Below the pieces are notes generated by a model. It was not told where the DNA came from. It did not search any database and saw only the letters and a list, made by a program, of their open reading frames with translations. A stretch of DNA of 64,000 bases from an uncultured Alphaproteobacteria bacterium (GTDB lineage Bacteria; Pseudomonadota; Alphaproteobacteria; Methylaequorales; Methylaequoraceae), in NCBI GenBank assembly GCA_902526865.1, contig CABZMK010000003.1, forward strand, positions 14,640 to 78,639. Reading direction: 5' to 3'. A program made the position numbers and the translations under genes. This document shows, one piece after another, positions 61,229 to 64,000 of this stretch (within the stretch, counting starts at the first letter, position 1; every line of letters begins with the position of its first letter).

Positions 61229-61846
61229 TTGGGAAAATTTATTGAAAAATATAAATTAGAAAATCCTAGCTTTAGCTTTGAATTAAATGAACTAATTCAA
61301 AAAATTAAGTCTGAGAATAATATAGAAACAGAAGATTTATTTTCTACAATCAACTCACTTAGAGAAAAATTAGACCAATCTATTTTTGAAAAAAATAATG
61401 CAGTACAAAAAGCTATTTCATTAAAAAATGATGAAATAAATCAGTTAAAATCTTCTGTTAAAGAACTTAGAAATCAAATGGAGAAGCTCAGATTTGAAAA
61501 AAGAGAAGCAATTCAAATTCAAATTCAGGCTTCAGCTAATGAAATAAAACAACTTAAGTTATCTTGTTCAGCATTAAGAGAAGAGCTTGAAAATTTGAAG
61601 TTTGAAAAACAAGAAGCTGTTCAAAATGCCATAAAGAAATCTTCACTTGAAATTAATGAATTAAAAGATGCAACATCTACTTTAAGAGACGAATTAGTTG
61701 AATCAAAATTTTCAAAAAAACAAGCAATTCAAAAAGCGGTTTTAAATTCCAGTGATGAAATTAAACAACTTAAAAATTCAACACAGTCACTAAGAGACGA
61801 ATTAGAAAAAGTAATAAAAAATTATGAAAAAAAAATCCAAAAATAA
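61229..61846 (+). CDS. Coiled-coil protein made of 36-aa tandem repeats
   Basis: 205 aa, TTG start in the track. About 4.4 repeats of x-S-L-R-[DE]-E-L-E-x-x-K-F-E-K-x-x-A-[IV]-Q-x-A-x-x-x-S-x-x-E-I-[KN]-Q-L-K. Confidence 0.5.
   Translation: MGKFIEKYKLENPSFSFELNELIQKIKSENNIETEDLFSTINSLREKLDQSIFEKNNAVQKAISLKNDEINQLKSSVKELRNQMEKLRFEKREAIQIQIQASANEIKQLKLSCSALREELENLKFEKQEAVQNAIKKSSLEINELKDATSTLRDELVESKFSKKQAIQKAVLNSSDEIKQLKNSTQSLRDELEKVIKNYEKKIQK
61343..61813 (+). repeat. Tandem 108-nt (36-codon) coding repeats, about 4.4 copies
   Basis: The LR dipeptide recurs at residues 44-45, 80-81, 116-117, 152-153 and 188-189 of the 61229 ORF. The units are diverged at the DNA level but alignable. Confidence 0.7.
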
Positions 61847-61860
61847 CAATAAGTTAAAAT

Positions 61861-64000
61861 ATGAAAAACGGTAATGAAAACATAGTCCAAACCTTGGAGA
61901 AGCTCAGAAGAACTGAGCTTTTACTTCAGATTTCAAGAAAAATTGCTGGACTTAAATCTTTAGAGGAGATTTTATGGACACTTATTGAATTCGTTACTAA
62001 TGAGTTAGATGCAGATAGAGGTACATTATTTTTAAATGATAACGAAACAAATGAACTTTATTCAAGAGTTGCCCAAGGAGATTTGACTCGCGAAATAAGA
62101 ATTTTAAATAACGTTGGAATAGCTGGCGCAATTTTTCACAACAAATCTGGGGAGGTGATTCATGACGTTTATGCCGACTCCCGCTTTAACAAAGAAGTTG
62201 ACCAGGAAACTGGTTATAAGACAAAGAATATGATTTGTTGTCCAGTTAAAACTGTTGATGGGCTGACAATAGGTGTTATTCAAGTTTTAAATAAGAACAA
62301 AGGTAGGTTTACAAAAGATAATCTTTCTTTTACGGAGTCAATTGCAACCCAAGCTGCTGTATCAATTCAAAATGCACAAAATACAGAACATTTTGAAAAA
62401 AAACGAAATAAAGAAATGGAATTTATAAGTATAGTTTCTGATGTAACAGCTGAAATCGACTTAGGAGCTTTACTTCAAAGAGTGATGGAAGAGGCAACAC
62501 GAATGCTGAATGCTGACAGGGCTACATTATTTTTAAATGATGAAAAAACCAATGAACTATTTTCAAGGGTTGCTATGGGAGAAGGAATTGGTGAGATAAG
62601 ACTTCCTAATACCGCAGGAATTGCAGGATCAGTTTTTTCTTCTGGTAAATCAATGAATATTCCTTACGCATATGCTGATTTAAGATTTAATCCTTCATTT
62701 GATAAACAAACAGGATATTTTACTCGTTCGATTTTATGTGTACCCATTGTTAATAAAGAAGGTAAGGTTATTGGTTGTACACAAGTTTTAAATAAAAGTG
62801 GTGGCAAATTTACAGATGAAGACGAATCTAGATTAAAGGCATTTACTCAACAAGTTGCAATTGCCCTTGAAAATGCCAAGCTTTTTGAAGATGTATCTAA
62901 ATCTAGAAAGTATAATGAAAGTATGCTTTCTAGTATGTCTAACGGAGTTATAACAATTAACAGTGAAGAAGAAATTGTTACTTGTAACAAATCTGGTTTA
63001 AAAATACTCCGAACTAAAGATTCAGACATAATAAAAAAACAATCCAAAGATTTTTTTTCCGGAAATAAAAAATGGATATATGAGAAAATTAAGAGTGTTG
63101 GTGAATCAAAAGAACCAGAAATTATTGTTGATGCTGAAATAGAGGTTTTCGATTATGAAACAGAAAAAGAAGAAAAAATATCAGTAAATTTGACAATACT
63201 CCCACTAATAAATGAAGATAGTGACGGTAGAACGGATCAATCAGATAATTTTCTTGGTACGTTATTAATGTTTGAGGATATTTCTTCAGAAAAAAGAATG
63301 AAATCAACAATGTCTAGGTACATGGACCCTGGAATAGCTGATCAATTATTGGAGGATGGATCTGACATCATGGGCGGGCTAGAAACAACCGCAACTTTGT
63401 TGTTTTCTGATTTAAGAAGTTTCACTACAATTACAGAGTCGTTGGGTGCTCAGGGGACTGTAAAATTATTGAATGAATATTTTGAAATAATGGTTGAGTG
63501 TATATCAGAGCAGGGGGGTATGTTAGACAAATTTATTGGAGATGCAATAATGGCAGCATTTGGTCTTCCAATATCACATGAAGATGATGAAGATAGGGGT
63601 GTTAAAGCTGGCATCAATATGATCAAAAGATTATGGGAGTGGAACGAGCAAAGAGAAAAAGACGGAAAACCCCCTGTTGATATGGGATTAGGATTAAATA
63701 CGGACAAAATTGTGGCAGGAAATATTGGATCACAAAAAAGAATGGATTACACGATGATTGGTGACGGTGTGAATTTAGCTGCGCGTTTAGAAAGTGCATG
63801 CAAACAATATAGTGCAAGGATATTAATTAGTGACTATACATTTAAAAAACTAAAAGGTACTTATCGCATTAGGTATATAGATGATGTAGTTGTTAAAGGA
63901 AAAAACGAACCTATTGGTGTTCATGAAGTTTTAGATTATCACAATGATAAAACTTTTCCGAATTTAATGGATGTTGTCAATTATTTTAATGAAGGCAGAA
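61861..64000 (+). CDS. GAF-GAF-PAS-class III adenylate/guanylate cyclase; the C-terminus runs off the window
   Basis: I translated it by hand with no stop to the window end. Two GAF domains (DADRGTLFLND...GIAGAIF and NADRATLFLND...GIAGSVF). A PAS-like segment (MLSSMSNGVITIN). Cyclase motifs TLLFSDLRSFT, DKFIGDAIMAAFG and IGDGVNLAARLES. Confidence 0.85.
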   Translation, partial: MKNGNENIVQTLEKLRRTELLLQISRKIAGLKSLEEILWTLIEFVTNELDADRGTLFLNDNETNELYSRVAQGDLTREIRILNNVGIAGAIFHNKSGEVIHDVYADSRFNKEVDQETGYKTKNMICCPVKTVDGLTIGVIQVLNKNKGRFTKDNLSFTESIATQAAVSIQNAQNTEHFEKKRNKEMEFISIVSDVTAEIDLGALLQRVMEEATRMLNADRATLFLNDEKTNELFSRVAMGEGIGEIRLPNTAGIAGSVFSSGKSMNIPYAYADLRFNPSFDKQTGYFTRSILCVPIVNKEGKVIGCTQVLNKSGGKFTDEDESRLKAFTQQVAIALENAKLFEDVSKSRKYNESMLSSMSNGVITINSEEEIVTCNKSGLKILRTKDSDIIKKQSKDFFSGNKKWIYEKIKSVGESKEPEIIVDAEIEVFDYETEKEEKISVNLTILPLINEDSDGRTDQSDNFLGTLLMFEDISSEKRMKSTMSRYMDPGIADQLLEDGSDIMGGLETTATLLFSDLRSFTTITESLGAQGTVKLLNEYFEIMVECISEQGGMLDKFIGDAIMAAFGLPISHEDDEDRGVKAGINMIKRLWEWNEQREKDGKPPVDMGLGLNTDKIVAGNIGSQKRMDYTMIGDGVNLAARLESACKQYSARILISDYTFKKLKGTYRIRYIDDVVVKGKNEPIGVHEVLDYHNDKTFPNLMDVVNYFNEGR

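Noticed and set aside
1-64000. CRISPR arrays, transposases, integrases, prophage genes, toxin-antitoxin or known defence systems
   Set aside because: Scanning the translated ORFs and the few intergenic gaps showed no repeat-spacer structure. It also showed no DDE or tyrosine/serine recombinase motifs, phage structural genes or recognisable defence-system domains. The Cas4-like nuclease has no cas neighbours.

Overview
The window is a very gene-dense, visibly AT-rich chromosomal segment. Intergenic spacers are tiny and many start/stop codons overlap. I infer a streamlined marine alphaproteobacterium, SAR11/Pelagibacterales-like, from composition and from alphaproteobacterial synteny blocks: recG-sdhE-mfd, pcm-like-tolC-valS, scpA-scpB-tatABC-serS-pcm-nlpD, and DUF815-yajC-secD-secF. 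This was not checked against any database. I can support about 70 CDS and 3 tRNAs (Asn-GUU, Cys-GCA, Lys-UUU). I saw no rRNA, CRISPR array, transposase, integrase or obvious prophage. Most of the content is core housekeeping: tkt-pgk-fba, valS/argS/serS, ilvD, gyrA, uvrA, ssb, recG, mfd, Sec and Tat components. Three genes are missing from the ORF track. They are a 5'-truncated-window class I aldolase on the minus strand (1..463), tatA (35786..35938), and an open-ended GAF-GAF-PAS class III nucleotide cyclase (61861..64000). The points most worth a second look are listed here. (1) secD is split by a frameshift inside an A8 tract. (2) A Cas4-like 4-Cys PD-(D/E)XK nuclease is translationally coupled to an ATP-dependent DNA ligase. 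(3) Just downstream, a spore-photoproduct-lyase-type radical SAM enzyme is coupled to a nucleoside-phosphorylase-like protein. (4) An MMPL/RND transporter sits divergent from secreted SRPBCC and YVTN beta-propeller proteins. (5) A 36-aa tandem-repeat coiled-coil protein lies directly upstream of the cyclase. (6) There are several small uncharacterised gene pairs. I found no clear-cut novel defence or mobile system. The proposed modules rest on gene adjacency and motifs only.
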